Assembly (NCBI GenBank): GCA_025449795.1
Contig: JANWIQ010000059.1
Span: forward strand, 1 to 33,169
DNA from: Minisyncoccota bacterium
Lineage (GTDB): Bacteria > Patescibacteriota > Microgenomatia > Levybacterales > UBA12049
Reading direction: 5' to 3'
Length of the DNA stretch: 33,169 nt
Made by a program: the position numbers and the translations under genes
The notes under the pieces: model-generated
Database searches by the model: none
Told to the model about the DNA's origin: nothing
Seen by the model: the letters and a program-made list of their open reading frames with translations, nothing else
Part shown: positions 1-8,642 of the stretch, in pieces
How the letters are laid out: each line of letters opens with the position of its first letter
Numbering within the stretch: position 1 is the first letter of the stretch

Positions 1-912
1 TGGACCAAAATCTGGCTACCCCTGCAGCTTATTAAAGACAAGCCAGATATTTTTGTAGGACTCAATCAATCCTTGCCACTAAAGCTTCCTTTGCAGACAT
101 ATAAAAGTATTGTTATTATTCATGATCTATTATTTGAAGAATATCCTAAAATGTATCCAGGATCATACAGAAAGTTACATGCAGAAAGCAAAGCAGCAGC
201 ACGGTACGCAGATACAATCATTGTCCCGTCAAAAGCCACGAAAAAAGATATAGAAAAGTTTTATGGTATTTCTGAGAAGAAGATAATAGTTATTCCAGAA
301 GGGGTAAGAGCCTTCGATTACACTCAGGGGAAAAAAGGAACTGGATCCCGGATCAAGGGGATGACGGCTTCGCCTTATTTCTTATTTGTCGGAGCGTTGA
401 AGCCGCAGAAAAACATTCCGATGTTACTGAAGGCATTCAGTAACATATCCAATAGCAAATATCCAATAGCAAATCTCCAATTGCTGATTGTGGGGGGAGA
501 TGTGTGGAAGGATAAGGAAATTGATAAAACATTGAAAAAGTTTCCTGAGAAAGTACAAAAGAGGATTATGTTTCTCGGCAATGTGGATGAGATAACACTT
601 GCCAATTTATACAAAAACGCTCTTGCATTTGTGTCTCCAAGCCTTTCTGAGGGCTTTGGACTGACTTTTTTGGAAGCAATGAGTTTTGGCGTACCTGTAA
701 TAGGACCGAAAGCTGGAGCCGTACCTGAAGTGGTAGGAAGGGCAGGAATACTAGTCGACCCAAAAAATACCAAGGAAATTGCTCAGGCCATGGAAAACAT
801 GTTGGATGAAAAGGTTCGCCAAAGCTTATCTACTAAAGCAATTGTGCAGGCACAAAATTTTACCTGGATGAAGTTTGCACGCGATTTTCTGGGCGTAATA
901 AAACAGGGTTAA
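1..912 (+). CDS. Glycosyltransferase, GT4 (GT-B fold) family; 5' end cut by window edge
   Basis: Frame 1 is open from nt 1 (WTKIWLPLQLIKDKPDIFVG...), so the listed TTG at 73 is probably internal. The C-terminal half carries the typical GT4 signature SPSLSEGFGLTFLEAMSFGVPVIG. TAA stop at 910-912. Confidence 0.8.
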   Translation, partial: WTKIWLPLQLIKDKPDIFVGLNQSLPLKLPLQTYKSIVIIHDLLFEEYPKMYPGSYRKLHAESKAAARYADTIIVPSKATKKDIEKFYGISEKKIIVIPEGVRAFDYTQGKKGTGSRIKGMTASPYFLFVGALKPQKNIPMLLKAFSNISNSKYPIANLQLLIVGGDVWKDKEIDKTLKKFPEKVQKRIMFLGNVDEITLANLYKNALAFVSPSLSEGFGLTFLEAMSFGVPVIGPKAGAVPEVVGRAGILVDPKNTKEIAQAMENMLDEKVRQSLSTKAIVQAQNFTWMKFARDFLGVIKQG

Positions 913-1007
913 ATTTTTTGATTGTATAATATACTAACTTATTATACAGTGAAGAGGGGGTTGATCCTTTCCAGCAGAGTACTTCAGGTATATAATTCAT
1001 GGTAAAA

Positions 1008-1035
1008 GTCTATGAAAAAGTCTATGAAAAAGTCA
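1008..1035 (+). repeat. 12-bp tandem duplication spanning the start codon of the second GT4 gene
   Basis: GTCTATGAAAAA occurs twice (1008-1019 and 1020-1031) plus a partial GTCA. It gives MKKS MKKS and two in-frame ATGs (1012 and 1024). Confidence 0.9.
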
Positions 1036-2163
1036 AAATTAGCTATTATTCGTGGTAAATTTCTCAACGCATACGAAATGCAGATTTTTGCGCCTTTGGT
1101 AAAGAAATACGATATAACTGCATTTGGATCGCTAACTTCCTACCACGACAATTTTTCCTTCCCTGTTGTGAAACTTCCCAGTCCTATGGACGTACCGGAA
1201 TTTCCTTTCAAAATGCCTGTACTGAATAGGGTTTTTACCGATGCACATTACCTGGTAGGATTAGAAGAAAATTTACGGGGGTTTGACATAGTCCACAGTG
1301 CACAGGATTTTTACCATTATACCCAGCAAGCATTGGACGCAAAGAAAAAAGGATATGTAAATAAAGTAGTTGCAACAATTCTAGAAAATATTCCTTTTAA
1401 TAATGAAAGTATTGCAGGCAGGAGAGAATATAAAGCACGATTTCGAAAAGAAATAGATCATGTCATTGCCCTTACCGAAAAGAGTAAGGCAATGCTTTTG
1501 GTTGAGGGTATGGATGAGAAAAAAATTACCGTGGTAAGCCATGGGATAAATACAAAAATATTTACCCCGCAAAAAGATTTTCTTATTCAGCAAGCAAAAA
1601 AGAAAAAACATTTTAGGATTCTCTTTTCCGGAAGGCTGGAAGTATACAAAGGAGTTTTTGACATACTATATGCGGCAAAGTTACTTTTTACAGATACAGC
1701 ATTACAAGACTACAAATTAGAATTTATTTTTGTAGGAAACGGTAGCCAAAAAGATGCTATGTGGCAAATGGAAAAACAGTTGGGAATTACCGAGTTGGTT
1801 TTACATACGTCAGTTCCTTATGAAAAAATGCCGGATGAATATAGAAGAGCAGATATTTTTATAGCCCCCAGTAAGCCTGATACGTTTTGGCAAGAGCAAT
1901 ATTCTACGGCGCTTCTTGAGGCACAAGCAGCAGGGCTTCCTATTGTTACCACGTATACCGGTGGTATACCCGAAAATATTGGGGATGGGGGTATTGTAGT
2001 AGGGCCGGGGGACTTTTATGCTATATATCAGGCAATTAAAAATTACATACTCTACCCGAATCTTCGTGTAGCATATGCCAAAAAGGCACGCGAGCGGGCA
2101 GAAAAAGTACATGACACAGAAATTATTGCCGGTAAATTAGACGCAGTCTACAAAAGCTTATGA
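1012..2163 (+). CDS. Glycosyltransferase, GT4 (GT-B fold) family
   Basis: 383-aa ORF. It has the GT4-type C-terminal motif EQYSTALLEAQAAGLPIVTTYTGGIPE. Its TGA stop overlaps the next ATG (ATGA at 2160-2163), implying translational coupling. A second in-frame ATG lies at 1024 inside a 12-bp tandem duplication. Confidence 0.8.
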   Translation: MKKSMKKSKLAIIRGKFLNAYEMQIFAPLVKKYDITAFGSLTSYHDNFSFPVVKLPSPMDVPEFPFKMPVLNRVFTDAHYLVGLEENLRGFDIVHSAQDFYHYTQQALDAKKKGYVNKVVATILENIPFNNESIAGRREYKARFRKEIDHVIALTEKSKAMLLVEGMDEKKITVVSHGINTKIFTPQKDFLIQQAKKKKHFRILFSGRLEVYKGVFDILYAAKLLFTDTALQDYKLEFIFVGNGSQKDAMWQMEKQLGITELVLHTSVPYEKMPDEYRRADIFIAPSKPDTFWQEQYSTALLEAQAAGLPIVTTYTGGIPENIGDGGIVVGPGDFYAIYQAIKNYILYPNLRVAYAKKARERAEKVHDTEIIAGKLDAVYKSL

Positions 2164-4415
2164 CAAAGTTTCTTCAAAAATTTTGGCCAATTTTATTCTT
2201 TGCAGTTATTTGTTGTTTACTCTTTTATAAAGTATTTTTTTTTGGACAGGTTTTTTATGAAGGGGATAATTTTCATTTAAACATTCCGGCAAAATATTTT
2301 CTGGTCCAACAACTTTCAAGTGGTATTTTTCCTTTATGGAACCCATATGTATTTTTGGGAATTCCTTATTTTGCTGATTTAAATGTAGGAGTATTGCATC
2401 CGCTCAATTTTTTGTATTTTATTTTTGCAGTACCGCGGGCACTCACTATTATTGGGGTATTGGATTTTTTCTTTATGGCAACATTCCAGTACATTTTTCT
2501 TCGAGCTTTAAAAACATCCCAACTCGCTGCATTTCTTGGAGGGGTTATTTTTGCTTTTGGGGGAACAATAGCTAATCTCTATGGAAACATGACATATCTT
2601 AATATCGTAGTTTATATTCCTCTTATTTTTTATTTTGCATATGTATTCGTACAAAAGAGAAACTTGAAATATTTACTCTTACTTATCTTTATGCAAACAG
2701 TGCAGTTTCTTTCGGGACATCCACAAACGACCTATTACACAATGTTTTTCATATCCTTGTATCTATTTTTCTTTAGCCGGTTATCCTTTAAAAAAAGAAT
2801 TGGTATTACCGCAAGTTTTTTATTGGGACCATTGTTGCTTAGTAGTGTACAACTTTTCTCTTTTGTAGAATATGTTTTGCATGCGAATAGACCTGTAGGA
2901 AATGTTGACTACGCAAGTTGGGGGAATTTTACTATTCCAGGATTTATAACCTTTTTCCTTCCGCTTGTATTCGGCAATCATGTTGATGGAAATTGGTGGG
3001 GGCCACAGTGGATTGCAAGCGGCTACATAAGTACGTCAGGACTTATCCTCGCAACAATTGGATTGTGGAAAGCAAAATTTTCCTTCAAAACATATGCGGT
3101 TGTAGGACTACTTCTTTCCCTTCTTCTTGCCATGGGAAATATAACTCCATTATTCTATATATTTTATTATATGGTGCCCGGATGGAAGTTTTTCCGTGCG
3201 CCTAGCGGACTGCTTGTGTATTACACATTTTTTGTATCCATCCTTGCTGCATATGGACTGGAGTACATAAAGGGAATGACTATTCAATTGAGAAAAAAAG
3301 GAATTATGATAAGCATGATGTTATTTATTTTATCGCTAATAACAACAATTGTCTTGTATTTTTCATATTATTACAAGTTACTTTGGCAGAGTATTATTCA
3401 GACACTTGTTGCAAGGGGACACATTCATCTTCTTTCGCATCTTCTCTTATATGATACCTATAAAATTCAATCTATTTTTATTACCGGGTGGTGGAATATG
3501 CTTTTATTACTGATAACACTGCTACTAACAGTCTTTACTTTTGTGTGTATCACAAGAAAGACAACGGTACTTATTTTTCTTGTAATTTTGACTACGGTAA
3601 GCCTTTTACTTATTGATAGTAAAATTTTTACTACAACCTCTCTAAATCTTTATGAAAGTAATTTACCGCTTCCTTCATTTTTATCTGCTTTACACGGCCA
3701 ATATCGTATGCTCTCTATGCAGATTGATTTACATCAACATAGAGAACACTTGGCAGGGAGCGATTATTTTTTACGAGAAGCGCAAGGGAATCTGGGTATG
3801 TATAAAGATGATAATAATGTAGAACGAGGTTTGTATCAGGCAAGGGGATACTCAGCACTTATTCCGGATTCCTATGCAAACTTCCTCCATAGTTATAACA
3901 ATATTGATGTTACCGGTGTTGATGTTACCCACATGACTCAACAGCAGCTTAACCAAACAAGCGTTAAGTACATACTTTCCCATGAGCCATTGCAAAATAG
4001 TATGTATAACGGTATGAAACTTCAACAAGTCGCAGGTGTACCGGGGAAATATTATGCCTACGAAAATACTCAAGCTTTACCACGAATGTACTTATTGGAA
4101 GATCCGTACGGTAATGAAATAGTAAATTTTTCATCAGGGACAACTAATCTTTCGGCAAAGGTAACTACAGCAAAACTATCCCACATTGTTGTATCGGATT
4201 GGTATTATCCAGGATGGAAAGCATATGTAAACGGAAAAGAAGTGCCAATACAGCCCTACCTTACTACATTCCAGGAGATTTATTTGCCAAAAGGGAAGTC
4301 TTCTGTGGAATTTATCTATGATCCATTATTAGTGAAAATAGGACTTGCTATATCAATAATTTCATTTATACTTTGGGCAACAGGTTTTATCTTTTACAGA
4401 AAAATAAGGATATAA
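2160..4415 (+). CDS. YfhO-like polytopic membrane protein (putative membrane glycosyltransferase)
   Basis: 751 aa with many N-terminal TM helices and a large extracytoplasmic C-terminal part. The C-terminal part ends in DWYYPGWKAYVNGKEVPIQP...VEFIYDP plus a final TM helix, a layout typical of the YfhO family. Confidence 0.65.
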   Translation: MTKFLQKFWPILFFAVICCLLFYKVFFFGQVFYEGDNFHLNIPAKYFLVQQLSSGIFPLWNPYVFLGIPYFADLNVGVLHPLNFLYFIFAVPRALTIIGVLDFFFMATFQYIFLRALKTSQLAAFLGGVIFAFGGTIANLYGNMTYLNIVVYIPLIFYFAYVFVQKRNLKYLLLLIFMQTVQFLSGHPQTTYYTMFFISLYLFFFSRLSFKKRIGITASFLLGPLLLSSVQLFSFVEYVLHANRPVGNVDYASWGNFTIPGFITFFLPLVFGNHVDGNWWGPQWIASGYISTSGLILATIGLWKAKFSFKTYAVVGLLLSLLLAMGNITPLFYIFYYMVPGWKFFRAPSGLLVYYTFFVSILAAYGLEYIKGMTIQLRKKGIMISMMLFILSLITTIVLYFSYYYKLLWQSIIQTLVARGHIHLLSHLLLYDTYKIQSIFITGWWNMLLLLITLLLTVFTFVCITRKTTVLIFLVILTTVSLLLIDSKIFTTTSLNLYESNLPLPSFLSALHGQYRMLSMQIDLHQHREHLAGSDYFLREAQGNLGMYKDDNNVERGLYQARGYSALIPDSYANFLHSYNNIDVTGVDVTHMTQQQLNQTSVKYILSHEPLQNSMYNGMKLQQVAGVPGKYYAYENTQALPRMYLLEDPYGNEIVNFSSGTTNLSAKVTTAKLSHIVVSDWYYPGWKAYVNGKEVPIQPYLTTFQEIYLPKGKSSVEFIYDPLLVKIGLAISIISFILWATGFIFYRKIRI

Positions 4416-4503
4416 CCTCATCACAGTCTTCTCACCACAAGGGCACTACCTTCGCAGAAGGGTCGCCTAAAAGGAGAAGAAGAGTAAGGAGACATGATAA
4501 TAG

Positions 4504-5277
4504 ATGAAAATAGTTGCAGTAATTCTTCATTACAAAGATAAAGAAGCGACGAAAGCGTGCATTGCAAGTTTGAAAAAATACGAACCTAAGGTCCACGTGA
4601 TAGTCATTGATAATGACAAAAATAATGTTGGTTTTGCTGCGGGAGTAAATAAGGGAATAAAAAGGGCATTACAAGAAAAAGCAGATGCTGTTTTGCTTTT
4701 AAATAATGACACGATAATCACAGAGCAATTTATTCCTGCACTAGAAAAACAACTGTTGAAAGACAAAAAAATAGGCATTATTGGTCCTGCAATATCTTTT
4801 GAAAAAAATGAAAAGAAAATTTATGATATTGGCGGTTTTGTAAGTCCATTAACAGGTAAGACATACCATGAAGAAGTTGCAAATACGAAAGAATATATGT
4901 TACGTGTTGTGCCATATATTACCGGCGCTGCCATGCTTATAAAAAATGAAGTATTTGAAAAAATAGGATATTTTGATGAGCATTTTTTTCTTTATTATGA
5001 GGATGTGGACTTTTGCCTACGTGCAAAAAAGGCGGGATTTGCAACAGCAGTAGTACCTCATGTGAGTATTTACCATGCGCTTAGTAAAACTGCCGGTAAA
5101 CTTACTGCTGTCGCTGTTTTTAACCAGACAAAAAGTGCAATAATATTTGGAAAAAAGTATTTTTCATCTTTTCCAAAGAATATCCTACATATAGGATTTT
5201 TGATTTTCCAAAGTCTGCTTTTTGTTTATAAAGACCCCAGACTGGGGAAAGCAATAATCTCTGCGTACCTTACTTAG
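4504..5277 (+). CDS. Glycosyltransferase family 2 (rhamnosyltransferase-like)
   Basis: 257 aa. Contains VIVIDNDKNNVGFAAGVNKG, LLLNNDT and the YYEDVDFCLRAKKAGF motif typical of GT2 GT-A enzymes. An AAGGAG sequence lies upstream. Confidence 0.8.
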   Translation: MKIVAVILHYKDKEATKACIASLKKYEPKVHVIVIDNDKNNVGFAAGVNKGIKRALQEKADAVLLLNNDTIITEQFIPALEKQLLKDKKIGIIGPAISFEKNEKKIYDIGGFVSPLTGKTYHEEVANTKEYMLRVVPYITGAAMLIKNEVFEKIGYFDEHFFLYYEDVDFCLRAKKAGFATAVVPHVSIYHALSKTAGKLTAVAVFNQTKSAIIFGKKYFSSFPKNILHIGFLIFQSLLFVYKDPRLGKAIISAYLT

Positions 5278-6440
5278 GGAGAGAGTTGTTTTACTTTTAG
5301 GAGAAATAAAACAATGAGGGCTATATTAAGGAGAGAAAAACAAATAGATAGAAATACCTGCTTTTTTCCAGAAAGAAATTGTTTATAAAATTGCGCAAGA
5401 CCGAAAGATAAGAATGGTAAAAGAGAGATAAATATTCTTGCTGAGTAACTAGCACCTTCCCACCAAATATTCCATGAAGCGATAAAGTACACTTCTATCA
5501 AAATTATTACAGCCATTGGAATGCCGATTAAAAAATGTTTTTTAACAAAAAAATATAACCCTATTGCAGCTAGTAATGTTATCGGTGTCCACAGAAAGAA
5601 GCCGTCATACCAATTAAACAGAACCCCAATTATATTAGGCTGAAAAAAGTTAAAAACAAATGTATATGTGAATGGACTTTTTAAGGGATTACCCCATAAA
5701 ATTGCCCATAAATAAGATTGGGGAAAAAGACAAAGTAGGAGGCCTGCTATCACCACAAGAAAATTGCGTATATAAGAGGACTTTCTTTGTAATAGCGTTG
5801 CAAGAGGAAGCAAAAAGAAGATAATGTCCTGTGTATGGCTAAGCGTTGCCATACCTATGGATATGCCAAGTAGGATTGTATTTTGCAATGAATATGCAGA
5901 TAACCACGCGTATAAGGCAAGGCTTGTAAAGAAAAATGAACTACTGTGTGAATTAAGGACGTCAAGAGCACCGTAAAAGAAAAGGTTAGTAGAAAAAAAT
6001 ATTGTGAGAATAACAAGAAATGAGAGTTGCTTGGAAAAGAATTTGTGCAGTGATAGAAAAAGGAAAAACAATCCTGCGAATACCATTGTAATACTCCATA
6101 TTCCCACAGGTATTTGTACTAGTGCATTGTAAGGATTAGCATTTCCAATTAAAGAAAATAATAAATAACTTACCAAATAGGGAAGGCTCCATGTCAGTGC
6201 AGGACCTATGGGAAGAGGATCTTGTAAAAAATGGGTTGGGGTATAGATAAAAGGTAATCCATATACATGGAAAGTTTTGGAAAAATTAAAGGTATGTTCT
6301 ATAAGAAAAGTGGGTAAGTAGCTGTAGTAATATCTGCCATCCCCATAAACAGCTGTCTTCACAAGGTAAAAGTGTGCAAGAAAAACTGCTATTGCAAAGA
6401 AAAATGAAATAAAAAATATGCGTCTTTGGATACTGTTCAT
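5274..6440 (-). CDS. Polytopic membrane protein, possible GT-C-type glycosyltransferase
   Basis: 388 aa and almost entirely hydrophobic helices. It sits inside the glycosylation cluster. Its stop overlaps the convergent GT2 stop (5274-5277). The family is not recognisable by eye. Confidence 0.45.
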   Translation of the reverse strand: MNSIQRRIFFISFFFAIAVFLAHFYLVKTAVYGDGRYYYSYLPTFLIEHTFNFSKTFHVYGLPFIYTPTHFLQDPLPIGPALTWSLPYLVSYLLFSLIGNANPYNALVQIPVGIWSITMVFAGLFFLFLSLHKFFSKQLSFLVILTIFFSTNLFFYGALDVLNSHSSSFFFTSLALYAWLSAYSLQNTILLGISIGMATLSHTQDIIFFLLPLATLLQRKSSYIRNFLVVIAGLLLCLFPQSYLWAILWGNPLKSPFTYTFVFNFFQPNIIGVLFNWYDGFFLWTPITLLAAIGLYFFVKKHFLIGIPMAVIILIEVYFIASWNIWWEGASYSARIFISLLPFLSFGLAQFYKQFLSGKKQVFLSICFSLLNIALIVLFLLKVKQLSP

Positions 6441-6482
6441 GCCTCAATTATCTTACTATGCTAGAATATAATAGTAAAGGAT

Positions 6483-7232
6483 ATGGGTATTTCGGCAGTT
6501 GTCCTCACAAAAAATTCTGAGAAGACAGTAGATGTTACTCTGGCCAGTCTTATCTGGTGCGATGAAATCGTTGTTATTGACGATAATTCAACAGACAATA
6601 CGCGAGCTGTTGCAAAAAAATATACTTCCAGAATTTTTATCCACACATTATCCGAAGATTTTTCTTCACAAAGAAATTATGGGTTAGAAAAAGCGAGACA
6701 AGACTGGATACTTTTTGTGGATAGTGACGAGGTAGTAGACGAGGCTTTACGAGAGGAAATTATTCTGAGAATAAAAAGTTTGTCTCAGGTCAACGGATAT
6801 TATATAAAAAGGGAAGACGCCATGTGGGGAAGGAAATTGTCATACGGGGAGACAAAAAATATGTGGCTTTTACGGCTTGCTAAAAAGGGAAGCGGGGTAT
6901 GGCAGGGAAAAGTGCACGAAGAATGGAAGATAATAGGAGAAAAAGGGAGACTTAGAAATCCCCTTTCGCACTTCCCTCACCCGAATGTGCATGATTTTCT
7001 TACTAGCATAAATAAATATTCCACCATCCGTGCAAAAGAACTTTATGAGAAAAAAGTAGGTGTATCCTGGATAGATGTTATTTTGTATCCAAAGGCAAAG
7101 TTTTTTCTCAATTATATTCTCAGACAGGGATATAAAGACGGCATTCCAGGATTTCTTGTAGCTATTTTAATGAGCTTTCATTCATTTCTCGTGAGAGGGA
7201 AATTATGGCAACTACAAAATTCTCACAAATAA
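6483..7232 (+). CDS. Glycosyltransferase family 2
   Basis: 249 aa. N-terminal GISAVVLTKNSEKTV...VVIDDNSTDNT and the FVDSDE (DxD) motif. AAGGA lies just upstream of the ATG. Confidence 0.8.
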   Translation: MGISAVVLTKNSEKTVDVTLASLIWCDEIVVIDDNSTDNTRAVAKKYTSRIFIHTLSEDFSSQRNYGLEKARQDWILFVDSDEVVDEALREEIILRIKSLSQVNGYYIKREDAMWGRKLSYGETKNMWLLRLAKKGSGVWQGKVHEEWKIIGEKGRLRNPLSHFPHPNVHDFLTSINKYSTIRAKELYEKKVGVSWIDVILYPKAKFFLNYILRQGYKDGIPGFLVAILMSFHSFLVRGKLWQLQNSHK

Positions 7233-8641
7233 CATATTTAATTTTCACCGCCATACTTACTACATTATTCTGCTTGGCTATCGGACTTAATCTTTCACCA
7301 CTTCTTCGTGGCCCTGCGCCATATCCACCGGAGTGGCAATGGGTATATCAATTTACCAATACTTTGCAAAGAGTGTGGGCGCCAGGGATAGTTGGGGTAT
7401 TAGGGATAGTAGGGTTATTGTATTTTGAAAAAAAACAACGAAAAGGATTTATATTCTTTGCTATTGTCTTTTTACTACTCTTACAGGTAAGTATATTGTA
7501 TTTCAGCAGGTCAGGTATAGCGGTAGTACTTGAAAGAATTATTAATCCCGGGATAACAGGATATTTTACTACTGCACTTTCTGTGCACAGCGTGGGAAAT
7601 TTTTTAGGAAGTTTCCAACAACAAGTAAGCCACTTTCCCATGCGGGCTGCTGACCATCCGCCTTTCGCGGTCCTTTTCTTTTCTTTAATTCTTTTAGCTA
7701 GCCAACAACTGTCATTTTTATTCCCTTTTGTGGAAGGGATTACTATTCACCATAGCGATATAGCACATATCTGGAGTAGTTTACTTGCCTTTCAAAAGTT
7801 GGCGGCACTTTTAAGTACAATACTTATTCCCTTCTTAAGTACACTTGTCATAGTGCCGTTGTATTACTTTACCAGAGTTTACTATGACCAAAAGACGGCA
7901 ATTCGTGCTGCCATGCTCTATAGTGTATTTCCGGCAATATCTCTTTTCCTGCCTGTAAATGATGTATTTTTAGGGATATTTGGGATGTTAGGTTTTTTGG
8001 AGGTATTGTTGGGTCTTCGACAAGCTCAGACAAAAAAAGCGTTTCTTTTCTATTTTTTTGCAGGAATATCTGTTGCCGTTGGCGCTTTTTTTAGTGCCTC
8101 CCTTCTAGCGGTGGTGGGAATGGTAGGGTTATTTTTTCTTTTATCGCCTCTTCCATCAAAGGAAAAGATTTTAGGGGGATTAGGGATTTTAGGGGGATTA
8201 GGGATATTACCAATACTTTTATTTATTTTTTATCACTTTAACACGATTAGTGTATTTATTGAAATTACGAAACTCCAGGCGAAGAGAAGTTATTTGCCAT
8301 GGGTATTTTATGACATATATGATTTCTTTATCTTTTCAGGAATCCCGGTACTTACTGCTTCCATACTGATTTTGTGGAAATTTCTTTCTCTTGCCAAAAA
8401 TAAAATCCACAATGATGTATTGATAATAAGTTTTTTCTTTATCCTTTTTCTTTTAGATATATGCGGTTTTTCCAGAGCCGAGACAGGAAGGATATGGATG
8501 CCATATATGCCTATATTAGCTATTATTGTAGCTGGGGTTTTAACAAAAAAAGGAATCACAACAAAAACTTTTGTGATAATCTTGGTACTGCAATTATTAC
8601 AGTTGTTAATAATGCAGGAATTTTGGGTTACACTTTGGTGA
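7205..8641 (+). CDS. Polytopic membrane protein, possible GT-C-type glycosyltransferase
   Basis: 478 aa with many TM helices. It overlaps the upstream GT2 gene by 28 nt. Its TGA stop (8639-8641) lies 1 nt before the next ATG. It contains an in-frame 18-bp tandem duplication (ILGGLG x2). Confidence 0.5.
   Translation: MATTKFSQITYLIFTAILTTLFCLAIGLNLSPLLRGPAPYPPEWQWVYQFTNTLQRVWAPGIVGVLGIVGLLYFEKKQRKGFIFFAIVFLLLLQVSILYFSRSGIAVVLERIINPGITGYFTTALSVHSVGNFLGSFQQQVSHFPMRAADHPPFAVLFFSLILLASQQLSFLFPFVEGITIHHSDIAHIWSSLLAFQKLAALLSTILIPFLSTLVIVPLYYFTRVYYDQKTAIRAAMLYSVFPAISLFLPVNDVFLGIFGMLGFLEVLLGLRQAQTKKAFLFYFFAGISVAVGAFFSASLLAVVGMVGLFFLLSPLPSKEKILGGLGILGGLGILPILLFIFYHFNTISVFIEITKLQAKRSYLPWVFYDIYDFFIFSGIPVLTASILILWKFLSLAKNKIHNDVLIISFFFILFLLDICGFSRAETGRIWMPYMPILAIIVAGVLTKKGITTKTFVIILVLQLLQLLIMQEFWVTLW
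8168..8203 (+). repeat. Perfect 18-bp tandem duplication inside a membrane-protein CDS
   Basis: ATTTTAGGGGGATTAGGG occurs twice (8168-8185 and 8186-8203), encoding ILGGLG ILGGLG in frame. Confidence 0.9.
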
Positions 8642-8642
8642 T

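Noticed and set aside
4603-4617. The palindrome GTCATTGATAATGAC resembles the GTCAT repeat flanks.
   Set aside because: It encodes the conserved VIDND (DxD region) of the GT2 enzyme and lacks the stem-loop architecture of the repeat family. It is most likely coincidence.
8168-8203. TTAGGG-containing repeat as a telomere-like sequence.
   Set aside because: Only two units are present. They are in-frame within a membrane-protein CDS and encode GxxG-type helix residues, so the resemblance is coincidental.
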